A DNA stretch of 44,997 nucleotides, taken from the NCBI GenBank assembly GCA_002770795.1, contig PCTP01000174.1, positions 4,615 to 49,611 of the forward strand, in the 5' to 3' direction. The position numbers and the translations under genes were made by a program. The stretch comes from Gammaproteobacteria bacterium CG22_combo_CG10-13_8_21_14_all_40_8 (GTDB lineage Bacteria; Pseudomonadota; Gammaproteobacteria; Enterobacterales; GCA-002770795). Of this stretch, positions 1 to 8,592 are shown one piece after another (position 1 is the stretch's first letter; the number at the start of each line of letters is the position of its first letter). A model generated the notes under the pieces. That model worked only from the letters and a program-made list of their open reading frames with translations. It was not told the DNA's origin and did not search any database.

Positions 1-1
1 A

Positions 2-322
2 CAGGGAGCCAACTCTGTTCTTAGTCATAAGCTTGGTCTAGCGATTCAAAAAATAGGTTTACAGGCTCAAGGTCGTGATGATGAAGTTCGAAGTTCAGAG
101 CATAATATCAAAAAATCTAAAGCCAACTATCAAAATAAAGCATCTATGCAAGCTCAAAATTTAATGATGCATGATGCCCAACTAGCATTATCATCTATGA
201 ACACATTAGCTGAAAATGGAGAAATAGCTGCATCCGAGCAACTCTTAAAAGATGCCATTGCATTCTCACAATCTCCTGATTATCATCCCTGTGACGTTAC
301 TAATGCCCCACCTAAACCTTAG
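2..322 (+). CDS. 3' end of an unidentified protein-coding gene truncated by the window edge (hypothetical protein, last 106 codons)
   Basis: Frame 2 is stop-free from base 2 to TAG at 320-322 (...[40 protein letters not shown]). It is absent from the ORF track only because the longest internal ATG ORF is under 60 aa. No motif recognised. Its stop codon overlaps the stop of the convergent kinase gene (319-321). Confidence 0.3.
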   Translation, partial: QGANSVLSHKLGLAIQKIGLQAQGRDDEVRSSEHNIKKSKANYQNKASMQAQNLMMHDAQLALSSMNTLAENGEIAASEQLLKDAIAFSQSPDYHPCDVTNAPPKP

Positions 323-2631
323 AGCAGAGGTAATTTTCCTAGAAATTCCACCAGATCATCCATTTGATAATTTTGAACCCAATGACGACAATAATTTGCT
401 AATTGCTGCTGCTCAGGACCCAGCGCCTCCATTTCTAGCAATAATTGATTGATCTCGGACAGCTGATATAGATTAGATGCATTGATCAATCTATCCCTCA
501 GACTTTGAGTCATTGGGATTTTGGTATACTTTTCATTGTTATCTTTACATTTTTTTGTAGAATTTTTATTGACAATCCCTTGAGTATTTTGCCCAATTTT
601 ATTGGGTAATTGATGCACAAGCGTTTCATACAAAGCTTCTAATCTTATGGGTTTTGCTATAAAACTATCAAATCCATACGCCTTAAATTTATCCTTATTG
701 GCATTAATAACCGATGCAGATACGGCTACACAAATCGGCTTATTTTCTGCATGATCATTTAAAATATGTTGCATGGTTTCATAGCCATCCATAACGGGCA
801 TTAAAATATCTAAAAAAACGATATCCACAGAAGTGGTGTTTAATAAGTTTAAAGCATTTTTTCCGTCGTAAGCTTCATACACCTCAATATGAAGTTCCTC
901 TAATAATTTAGTTAAAAGTCTTCTGTTTTCTTCAATATCATCGACCACCAGAGCAACAATCTTTTCTTCTGATAATATTTCAATTTTAAAAGATGTTCTA
1001 GACTCTCTGGGTTGTACTATATTCTGTGCAGGTTCTAGATCTAATGTGAAGGAAAATTCTGAGCCTTGCCCGATCTGTGAAGTTAAATTGATTTTTGAAC
1101 CCATCAAATCTAATAATCTGGTGCTAATCGCTAATCCTAAACCCGTACCACCCTTTTGATGTCCAGCTTCTGACTGCTGAAAAGCCTCAAGTATATTTTG
1201 TTGATCAGTCTCTGCAATACCAGGCCCTGAATCCTGAATAGAAAAATAATATTGATGATTATCCAAACATTTTAAGACCAAATGTATTTCACCAACATCA
1301 GTAAATTTAACCGCATTTCCCACTAAATTAAGTAAAATTTGTCTAATTTTTCTTTGGTCTGCATGAACGGGTATTGCAGAGTCGGCACTACTTTCAAGAT
1401 ACCAAGCAAGCCCTTTTTCTTGACAGTGAAAAGCGAACATTTCTGAAATACCCACGACCAATTCATAGAGATCAAAATCTTCCTTGTACAAAGTCATCAC
1501 ACCCGCTTCTATTTTTGAAAAATCTAAAATATCATTGATTAAATCCAGTAAATGATTTCCGCTTCTTTCGATGGTTACTAGCGTAGCATGTACATCTTGA
1601 GGCAGCCTGGCATCTCTTCTAAGGAGCTGTGAAAACCCCAATATTGCATTTAACGGTGTTCTAATTTCATGTGACATATTCGCTAAAAATGCACTTTTTG
1701 ATTGATTAGCTTTTTCAGCATCATTTTTAGCTTGTTTGAGATCGATCTCGGTTTTTTTCCGCACTAAAATTTCATTGGTGAGCTCCGCTGTTCTCTCTTT
1801 GACTCTTTGTTCTAAATGCAAACTTGCCTCTTTTAGAGCTCTTTCGACTTGTTGTCGTTCTAGAATTTCTGATTTTAATTTAGTATTGGTCCTTTCTGTT
1901 TCTTTTGAGATAAAAAGGAGCTTTTCTGAATCTCTAGAAATAGTTTCTATAAATTGATTGGTAATATTCACCAACAATCCTAGCTCATCATTTTGATGCT
2001 CATAAGGCATATTGATACGCACATTTTTTATTTTTGACAAATTTATTTGTTGTAATGAATGAGTAATATCCAAAAGCGGTCGAGTTACGTTTCTATTAGA
2101 GATAACTAAAAACATAAAAGATAAAATAATGATTTCAATAATAGTCGACAAAAATATGCGCAGTGAACGTTGATACCAATTAAAAGCGATTTGATAGGTA
2201 GAAACAAAAACATCCAAAACTCCAATCTTATTCTCATTAATACCATCATTATGAATGAGACTAATATGGAACTCTTGGCTCACACCTAATCCAAAATCTG
2301 AAATCCAATCAAAGCGTCCAGATTGCGGTATTCGTTCTCTCTCTGCTAGCACAGAACCAAAACTCTCCGTAATCTGAGCCTTGTAAATGGGATTAAACTC
2401 AAATAATCCATTCACAACCTGTATGGCAGCTTCATTATCAAAACTATAAGCAGCTTGTACAGCATTACGTTTAGAGGTATTAATTACTTGAGAGACATTT
2501 TTTTCAAAATTTGCTTTTGTTTCTTTAAATTCTTGCCATATTTGTAATGATGAGAGTAAAAAGCCAATAAAAAATGCCGCGAGTACCACTTGAATGGATT
2601 GTTTGTAGGAAAGGCCTTCTCTTTTAAGCAT
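319..2631 (-). CDS. Hybrid sensor histidine kinase / response regulator (periplasmic sensor, HAMP/coiled coil, HisKA, HATPase_c, REC)
   Basis: Two hydrophobic segments ([15 protein letters not shown] and [19 protein letters not shown]) flank a roughly 130 aa extracytoplasmic region. H-box [15 protein letters not shown]-box [13 protein letters not shown]1 DSGPGI, G2 [10 protein letters not shown]. Receiver domain with VVDDIEENR and [16 protein letters not shown]. About 90 aa follow the receiver and carry no Hpt HxxKG signature. Confidence 0.9.
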   Translation of the reverse strand: MLKREGLSYKQSIQVVLAAFFIGFLLSSLQIWQEFKETKANFEKNVSQVINTSKRNAVQAAYSFDNEAAIQVVNGLFEFNPIYKAQITESFGSVLAERERIPQSGRFDWISDFGLGVSQEFHISLIHNDGINENKIGVLDVFVSTYQIAFNWYQRSLRIFLSTIIEIIILSFMFLVISNRNVTRPLLDITHSLQQINLSKIKNVRINMPYEHQNDELGLLVNITNQFIETISRDSEKLLFISKETERTNTKLKSEILERQQVERALKEASLHLEQRVKERTAELTNEILVRKKTEIDLKQAKNDAEKANQSKSAFLANMSHEIRTPLNAILGFSQLLRRDARLPQDVHATLVTIERSGNHLLDLINDILDFSKIEAGVMTLYKEDFDLYELVVGISEMFAFHCQEKGLAWYLESSADSAIPVHADQRKIRQILLNLVGNAVKFTDVGEIHLVLKCLDNHQYYFSIQDSGPGIAETDQQNILEAFQQSEAGHQKGGTGLGLAISTRLLDLMGSKINLTSQIGQGSEFSFTLDLEPAQNIVQPRESRTSFKIEILSEEKIVALVVDDIEENRRLLTKLLEELHIEVYEAYDGKNALNLLNTTSVDIVFLDILMPVMDGYETMQHILNDHAENKPICVAVSASVINANKDKFKAYGFDSFIAKPIRLEALYETLVHQLPNKIGQNTQGIVNKNSTKKCKDNNEKYTKIPMTQSLRDRLINASNLYQLSEINQLLLEMEALGPEQQQLANYCRHWVQNYQMDDLVEFLGKLPLL

Positions 2632-2818
2632 AGGCTATAGATAGATCATTGTTTAATGACCCTAAGTTTAGCACTAAAATGCTTTGTGTTTTTATTAAGT
2701 GAGTTTTTAGCCAGGGCAACCGCACGAATGGTCACACCAGAAAAGTTAAAACTATCACCTTATGCTATAAAACTGATCACTCCCCCAGTTTGCCTTGTTT
2801 TTCTAAAAAACTCTGTGC

Positions 2819-2893
2819 TCTCTGTGTCCTTTGTGGTTCATTGATTGATCTCTAACCTCTTTCCAAACCATTGAACCACAGAGGACACAGAGA
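2819..2893. repeat. Long imperfect palindrome (25-nt arms, 23/25 complementary, 25-nt spacer) in a divergent intergenic region; REP/MITE-like element or regulatory hairpin
   Basis: Left arm is TCTCTGTGTCCTTTGTGGTTCATTG (2819-2843). The reverse complement of the right arm (2869-2893) is TCTCTGTGTCCTCTGTGGTTCAATG. The left flank adds further CTCTGTG-like heptamers (2811-2820). Confidence 0.7.
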
Positions 2894-3042
2894 CCGCCGA
2901 GAAAATATGGTTTCAGTGATTGTTATGGCTATTTGATCATATCTCCCTGAATATGAATCGTTTTTCGTGATCTAGCCCTGAATTTTTAGCAAAATTATAA
3001 AAATCGACTATATTTAGACTAATCAGATCCCTAATCATAGTT

Positions 3043-3858
3043 TTGATGATCTTTAAAGCAAGAAGTACTATGACATCAGCTCTCAATAAACTTTTGTTCC
3101 TCTTAGTAATTGCTATGCAGCCTGTATACAACCTTGTGTTAGCCTCTAATACCATGACTGATTCGACTATAGCACCCATCAAAACCATTAAGTTGGCCAG
3201 TTTGGAGTGGTATCCCTACCAAGGCTCAAACTTACCTAATCAAGGCGTCGCAACCGATATTGTAATGACCGTTCTAAAAAGTAAGGGATATGAAGTAGAG
3301 ATTGATTATCTACCTTGGTCTAGACAAATGAGAGAATTAGAAAATCATCGATTCGATGGGATACTAGGAGCCTACTTTACCAAAGAGCGAACACAGAAGT
3401 TCATTTATAGTGATTGTTACTTAACAAGTAGTGAATACTTTTATAAACGCAGCGATAGTAAGATTTCTTGGAAAAAACTCAGTGATTTAAAGGGGTATAA
3501 AATTGGTTTAGTTCGAGATTATGCCAATAGCCCCCAGCTAGATAACGCTGATTTTCTGCACAAGGAATATGTAAACTCTGATATTGCAAATATCAAAAAA
3601 TTATTAAATGGTTCTTTGGATTTGATTGTCATTAACAAAAAGACTGCTGAATATCTTCTCATCACCAGCATGGCTCCCTTCTTTAATGATATAGAAGCGA
3701 TTAAGCCACCCTTAATAACTCATAAATTGTGTATATTATTTAATCGAGATGATCCGAAAAGCAAACAATACATTGCCGATTTCAATCAGGGCTTAGCTAA
3801 GATCCGCAAAGATGGAACCTACAAAAAGATTCTGCAACGTCATGGATTCACGCCCTAG
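3043..3858 (+). CDS. Periplasmic substrate-binding protein, family 3 (amino-acid/polar solute SBP fold), orphan (no adjacent permease or ATPase)
   Basis: N-terminal signal-like segment (LNKLLFLLVIAMQPVYNLVLA). SBP_bac_3-like features: LASLEWYPYQG, DGILGAYFTKERT, YKIGLVRDY, LDLIVINK, C-terminal DGTYKKILQRHG. A more likely start is the ATG at 3070 (MTSALNKLL...). Confidence 0.7.
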   Translation: MMIFKARSTMTSALNKLLFLLVIAMQPVYNLVLASNTMTDSTIAPIKTIKLASLEWYPYQGSNLPNQGVATDIVMTVLKSKGYEVEIDYLPWSRQMRELENHRFDGILGAYFTKERTQKFIYSDCYLTSSEYFYKRSDSKISWKKLSDLKGYKIGLVRDYANSPQLDNADFLHKEYVNSDIANIKKLLNGSLDLIVINKKTAEYLLITSMAPFFNDIEAIKPPLITHKLCILFNRDDPKSKQYIADFNQGLAKIRKDGTYKKILQRHGFTP

Positions 3859-3860
3859 CT

Positions 3861-5207
3861 TTATGCATCTTTTTGTTCATTGTTCATTAAGGCAACCACT
3901 CTATTTCTCCCCTGCTTTTTGGCCTTATACAAAGCAGAATCGGCCCCTTCAATTAACAACCTTCTTGACACAGCTGCATTGGGTTGCATGGTACAAATAC
4001 CTAAGCTCAATGTCACTATCGGCATCACATTTGATTTAACATGGGGTATTTTTAATTGGCGAATATTATTCAATATAAATTCAGCACAGGCTTTGGCTTT
4101 GTCAGCATCATACTGAGGTAGCACAATCACAAACTCTTCCCCTCCATATCTTGCCACCAAGCAATTGTCATTTTTGCAAGTCGTAGCGATACATTCAGCA
4201 ACCATTTTTAAGCAATCATCACCCTGCTGATGACCATATTCATCATTATATTGTTTAAAAAAATCAATATCCGCCATAATCAAAGAAATTTGTCCATTCT
4301 GTGCAATAATATTTTTCCAACTGTTTTCAAAAAACTCTTCAAAGCGACGTCGATTGCTGATATTGGTTAATTTATCCACATTAGAAATATCTATCAATTG
4401 TTGTATGACTTTTTTACTTTCAGTTAAATCCTGCAAATGGCAGACAAATAAAGGATAGTTTAAACTTAAAGGCTCTATGTTAAGTTTGGCGGTAAATTGT
4501 GAACGATGTTTGGAAGCTAGCACGACTTCATTTGAAAAACGTCTATCTAATGTGGCTGCTTGCTTGAGACTTAGAAACTCTTGTGCTGCACTCTTGTCCT
4601 CTCCTTGTAAAAACTCAAGAAAATGCTGCCCTACAAGCCCCTTTTCATCACACCCAAACAGAGCTAAAGCAGCTGGATTGGCTGATTCAATCAGATCGGG
4701 TGGCACTAAGGTGATAATAGCTTGGGCAATCTCATTAATAATCGCTCGATTTCTCACTTCATAATCTTGTAGCATTTCAACCAGCTGTTCTTGGTGCCGA
4801 GTTAAAGATTGTATTTTGAGATGAGTGGCAATACGGGCAAGTACTTCTTCTTGTTTGATGGGTTTGGAAATATAATCAACCGCCCCTGCTGCAAACCCTT
4901 CGACTATATCAGCGACTTCAGTTTTAGCGGTAACAAATATGACTGGAATATTCGCGGTACTTTCTGCTTGTTTAAGTAGCCTGCAGGTTTCTATGCCATT
5001 TGGGTGTGGCATCATCACATCCAGTAAAATCAGATCGGGTTGTAACTTTGGCGCAATTTTAAGCGCTATTTCACCATTGGGTGCTGCTGCTACTTTATAT
5101 CCTTTTTGAGTCAGGATCTTATACAACAAATCAATATTGGCTGGCGTATCATCTACAATTAATATTTCAGATCCTTGAATATTTTGCGCTATCATTTTAA
5201 AAGGCAT
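3861..5207 (-). CDS. Response regulator-diguanylate cyclase (REC-PAS-GGDEF)
   Basis: REC domain: ILIVDDTPANIDLL, DLILLDVMMPHPNGIE, VIFVTAK. The central region is PAS-like (AQAIITLVP...GCDEKGLVGQHFLEF). GGDEF domain with ARYGGEEFVIVLP. The canonical RxxD I-site position upstream of GGEEF reads NDNC, so it is absent. Confidence 0.9.
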   Translation of the reverse strand: MPFKMIAQNIQGSEILIVDDTPANIDLLYKILTQKGYKVAAAPNGEIALKIAPKLQPDLILLDVMMPHPNGIETCRLLKQAESTANIPVIFVTAKTEVADIVEGFAAGAVDYISKPIKQEEVLARIATHLKIQSLTRHQEQLVEMLQDYEVRNRAIINEIAQAIITLVPPDLIESANPAALALFGCDEKGLVGQHFLEFLQGEDKSAAQEFLSLKQAATLDRRFSNEVVLASKHRSQFTAKLNIEPLSLNYPLFVCHLQDLTESKKVIQQLIDISNVDKLTNISNRRRFEEFFENSWKNIIAQNGQISLIMADIDFFKQYNDEYGHQQGDDCLKMVAECIATTCKNDNCLVARYGGEEFVIVLPQYDADKAKACAEFILNNIRQLKIPHVKSNVMPIVTLSLGICTMQPNAAVSRRLLIEGADSALYKAKKQGRNRVVALMNNEQKDA

Positions 5208-5304
5208 ATGGCCTCATCAAGTTCGAAGTTGAAATTTAAGGCATAAAACTACGGACGATCTGTTTAACTTTAGTCGATATTTAATTATTTTTCCATTTTT
5301 GTAA

Positions 5305-6663
5305 TTAATTCAAAATTTGCAGTAAAATTTTATTCAGATCTTCTACGGGTTTCTGGTGGCTCAGTTTGTCACAACTTAAATGCAATTTTTTTTGTTCACT
5401 CACCTCTAGTTGATTTATTTTTTCTTTTAAATCAATAGGATTAATATCTAAAATCTCTCTGAGTGCATGATTTCGGGTACTGATTTTCTGATACAAGGTA
5501 AGAAAACGTCCTATAACCACGTAAGGAAAGTTTTGATGTGATATTGGGCCAAAGCTTGCATCGTAACCCCCAATAGGTAATCCTTGTAATCTCATGTCGA
5601 CTAGTTTATTTGCGCCTAACCAAGCGCTTGCCAACCCTACCATACCGCCGCCAACTGCCCCTAACATTAAACTTGTTCCCGCTAAAGCCAAATCAATTGC
5701 CGATCCAGCCGCGGCCCCTGTAATTGCCGCCGAGGTCATTAATTGGTTTTTGGTCAAGCCCCATAAATACCATTGTTCACAATCAAAGAGATCATGGGGT
5801 AAGCTCATATCTTCTATATGAATTTGAGTATGATAATGGCTATATAGGGTTAACATTTCCTGAATAGCTTTTTGCTCTCGATTGACCATCCATTTCAGAT
5901 ATTGATTTTTTAATAAGGGTTCGACTAAGTTAGCTTGAGCTTTAGATAAGACTTTTTGCGTGGTTTTATGATGGCATAAATCTTCTAACAAACGAGCTAA
6001 AATAATGGAACATTGCTGACTTTGTTCTAGTCGTTTTAGCTCTAAATCCTGAGTCACTAACTTTAATTTCTGAGCCCATTGAGGTTGAAGATGGGCAAAG
6101 ACATTTAATAAGTCCATCTGTTTATGAAAATCTGCTTCCATAGGATTAAAAACTCTGACAGTACGAAAGTATTGTACCAATACGCGTTCCCATTCCTCGA
6201 CATATTGACTATTCTCGATGGGATTGATTAAGGCCATACTGGGTGCGCCTGTCCATTGCAGGATCTCCATTTCAGCCTCATATTCAATACCAAAAGGTCT
6301 GGAACCATCCACCACATACAAAATAGCCGCTCCCGCTGTTAAGGGTTTTAAAAGCTCAATTTCATCCGGAAAAAGCTGTTGGCAGCTGGCATCATCAACA
6401 AACTTTTGCACAGCTTGTGATCGTTTATCTGCACTTTTGGCTTGATTTTTTAACCAAGCCAATACCTTACTGGGACGCTGAAAACCTGGGGTATCAAATA
6501 GTTCATAACTAGAATGGGTGGTTTTAATCTCAAAACATTGTGCCTGCTGAGTAGTACCACTTCTTTTCGAGATCTCTATGGAGTCATTATGGGATAATGT
6601 TGCCACAATAGAAGACTTTCCCTTATTGGGGTGTCCTACCACAGCAAACTTTGGGCTATTCAT
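5305..6663 (-). CDS. Membrane-associated GTPase (MMR_HSR1-type G domain plus DUF3482-like C-terminal region)
   Basis: G1 GHPNKGKS, G3 DTPGF. The C-terminal half carries a Gly/Ala-rich hydrophobic glycine-zipper segment (AAITGAAAGSAIDLALAGTSLMLGAVGGGMVGLASAWLGA). The start overlaps the upstream gene by 8 nt. The DUF3482 assignment is from memory of the architecture and is not verified. Confidence 0.7.
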   Translation of the reverse strand: MNSPKFAVVGHPNKGKSSIVATLSHNDSIEISKRSGTTQQAQCFEIKTTHSSYELFDTPGFQRPSKVLAWLKNQAKSADKRSQAVQKFVDDASCQQLFPDEIELLKPLTAGAAILYVVDGSRPFGIEYEAEMEILQWTGAPSMALINPIENSQYVEEWERVLVQYFRTVRVFNPMEADFHKQMDLLNVFAHLQPQWAQKLKLVTQDLELKRLEQSQQCSIILARLLEDLCHHKTTQKVLSKAQANLVEPLLKNQYLKWMVNREQKAIQEMLTLYSHYHTQIHIEDMSLPHDLFDCEQWYLWGLTKNQLMTSAAITGAAAGSAIDLALAGTSLMLGAVGGGMVGLASAWLGANKLVDMRLQGLPIGGYDASFGPISHQNFPYVVIGRFLTLYQKISTRNHALREILDINPIDLKEKINQLEVSEQKKLHLSCDKLSHQKPVEDLNKILLQILN

Positions 6664-7831
6664 GAGGCAAATACTCCTTATTCACAAAAAGAGTCCAGTT
6701 TGGCAACTGTTCGAGTAATCTTTGCCATTCTTCTAAATCAGATTGCTTCAGGGATTGTAATTGCTCCCCTTGCCAATCCATAGGGCAAAGATAGCCACAA
6801 CCTAGCTTCAAAAAATCTTCAAGTTCCCCTAAAGGAGGTTCCCATGCTCTTGTGAGTACTAGCTGCTTTTGGGTACAACTTATGGTGTTGTATTGTTGTG
6901 CTTCTGTCGCTGTGGGATCTGAGATCATTTCGTCGATAAAATACCGCGTCATCAGATCTTCATCACTTAAATTTTCCGCATCAGCTTGGGTAGAACGAAG
7001 ATTTTGACTGATCAGTTTTCTCGGCACTTGCCCCCAATTGTTTAACACCAAAGGAGGAATTAGTTGATGCGTGATAATCGATTGATTGGGACTAGCTGGT
7101 TCCCTGATATCAGGTTTGATCTGCCGTTTTTGAAGCTTTATTTCGAAATCATTCTCATAGGTTAAATGTATCCAAACCCTCAACGAGACAAAAACGATGC
7201 TTCTTAAAAAAAGACTATAAAAAAGTTGTGTGGCCAAGATAAACTTCCACCATAATCCCAAATTAGACGCCACATTATGGGTTTCAAGTAGACGCGAATC
7301 TTGAGTCTGTGTTAATAATGTGAAATCGGGTTGCGCCTGTTGCCAAAAATACCAAGGTTTAGCAATCCATTGTAGAAAAGGAAAAATATCTGTGGCATCT
7401 AATAGGGTGCTGCGCCATATAAAATTGATATCGGTAACGAGCAACAAAAACACAAAGGTCAATAAACTGGCGATTGAAAATGCAAGGGCAGCGGCCTGAC
7501 TTTGCATTAACAACCAAAACTTATCCAAATGATATTGCCTGAGTTTAACCCACTGTGGCGATGATTTTCGCTGCAATCCAGGAATGGCATAAAGCAAACC
7601 GGCAAGATTAAGTCCCTTTCCAAACAACGCACTGCCAAGGGAAACGATGATACTCAAAATAGGGATGAGCATGTAAACCACCAAAAGATGAAACAGATTC
7701 ACTCGACCCTGAGCATCACCAGTTAAACTGCCCCAACTCAGTATAAAGCCCAAGGAGGCCCCGATAGAAACAATGAGCCAGCTTAATTTAAGAGGATGTA
7801 AATCAAAGGTATTATTCACAGATATGCACAC
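6656..7831 (-). CDS. Polytopic membrane protein, DUF2868-like (conserved partner of the DUF3482 GTPase)
   Basis: GTG start at 7831. About 6 hydrophobic segments lie in the N-terminal 220 aa, followed by a soluble C-terminal region (…WEPPLGELEDFLKLGCGYLCPMDW…). Overlaps and is co-oriented with the GTPase gene. Confidence 0.5.
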   Translation of the reverse strand: MCISVNNTFDLHPLKLSWLIVSIGASLGFILSWGSLTGDAQGRVNLFHLLVVYMLIPILSIIVSLGSALFGKGLNLAGLLYAIPGLQRKSSPQWVKLRQYHLDKFWLLMQSQAAALAFSIASLLTFVFLLLVTDINFIWRSTLLDATDIFPFLQWIAKPWYFWQQAQPDFTLLTQTQDSRLLETHNVASNLGLWWKFILATQLFYSLFLRSIVFVSLRVWIHLTYENDFEIKLQKRQIKPDIREPASPNQSIITHQLIPPLVLNNWGQVPRKLISQNLRSTQADAENLSDEDLMTRYFIDEMISDPTATEAQQYNTISCTQKQLVLTRAWEPPLGELEDFLKLGCGYLCPMDWQGEQLQSLKQSDLEEWQRLLEQLPNWTLFVNKEYLPHE

Positions 7832-7858
7832 TTAATCAGAATGTTAAAAGGACAAATA

Positions 7859-7882
7859 ATTTCCACTACTATTTCCACTACT
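7859..7882. repeat. Perfect 12-bp tandem duplication (ATTTCCACTACT x2)
   Basis: Read directly at 7859-7870 and 7871-7882, about 30 bp upstream of the GTG start of the DUF2868-like gene. Confidence 0.8.
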
Positions 7883-8210
7883 AGCATTTTTCCATGGGTT
7901 GATCCAATCAAAAGGTTAACCCCTGTCCTAAACTTAACGCTTTAGTTCGAGCATAATGACTAAAACGCCAATGCACCTATTGCTCTAAGCTATAGGGATC
8001 TAGACCCATGATACCTGGAAATACCGGATTTCAGAGCTTGGGTGGGACGTGGGAACAAGGCGTAGTTCGTAGAGAATGACTGGTTATTGACAAGAGCTAC
8101 AAAGCTTTGGCTATGCTGCTCAAGCCCCTTACCTACGCTAATAATCTTTTCACTTTATGACCCATGAGCAGTTATGGTTATAGTTAGAATTAGATTGCAA
8201 CTTTCAGGGT

Positions 8211-8262
8211 AAACGTTAGCCCCTAACGAATTAGCGCGTCAATACAAACGTTAGCCTCTAAC
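8211..8262. repeat. Two copies of a 17-nt direct repeat, each containing a small GTTAG-N3-CTAAC hairpin
   Basis: AAACGTTAGCCCCTAAC (8211-8227) and AAACGTTAGCCTCTAAC (8246-8262), 16/17 identical. Confidence 0.7.
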
Positions 8263-8377
8263 ACATACATCGTAAAATATTCTAAAAGGTATATTTAATA
8301 GAAGATAGTGTTATATCAGTGAACCAATTCTAAGACAATCAGAAATTAAGGAGAAATGTGATCTGAAAAATAAAACT

Positions 8378-8452
8378 TGGAGCGGGAAACGAGGCTCGAA
8401 CTCGCGACCCCAACCTTGGCAAGGTTGTGCTCTACCACTGAGCTATTCCCGC
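8378..8452 (-). tRNA. tRNA-Gly (anticodon GCC), CCA encoded
   Basis: The reverse complement reads GCGGGAATAGCTCAGTGGTAGAGCACAACCTTGCCAAGGTTGGGGTCGCGAGTTCGAGCCTCGTTTCCCGCTCCA. Acceptor stem GCGGGAA/TTCCCGC, anticodon loop CTTGCCAAG, T-arm GGTTCGAG-type. Nearly identical to E. coli tRNA-Gly(GCC) as I recall it. Confidence 0.93.
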
Positions 8453-8592
8453 TAAATTTCAAATTTACTATTAAATTCAATGAATTAGCTATACTGGATT
8501 AAATCCTTCATCAAATTGGATGCGTATTTTAATCAAAAATAAAATGCAAATCAAATGATTTAAAACATTCTCAAAAAATAATGTGTAAAAAG

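Noticed and set aside
319-322. Rho-independent terminators at the convergent gene junctions (319-322, 3858-3861, 22162-22176).
   Set aside because: The convergent stop codons overlap or are only 2-13 bp apart, leaving no room for a stem-loop plus T-tract. No convincing GC-rich hairpin followed by a T-run was seen elsewhere either, so I do not annotate any terminator.
319-600. Hpt (histidine phosphotransfer) domain at the C-terminus of the hybrid kinase.
   Set aside because: The roughly 90 residues after the receiver (…[65 protein letters not shown]) are helical-looking but contain no HxxKG-type phosphorylatable His motif and are too short for a four-helix Hpt.
2656-3188. ORFs 2656-2844 (+, 62 aa) and 2937-3188 (-, 83 aa) in the kinase/SBP intergenic region.
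   Set aside because: The first runs straight through the palindromic repeat, and the second overlaps the SBP gene start. Neither has motifs or a convincing start context, so I treat the region as regulatory/repeat DNA.
7832-8377. tmRNA, 6S RNA or RNase P RNA in the ORF-free tract; attL/attR-type duplication of the tRNA-Gly 3' end.
   Set aside because: There is no GGGGCTGA.../...TCCACCA tmRNA ends and no tag-peptide reading frame. No copy of the tRNA 3' half (GGTCGCGAGTTCGAGCC...) occurs in this tract or near the far end of the locus (about 42000-42250).
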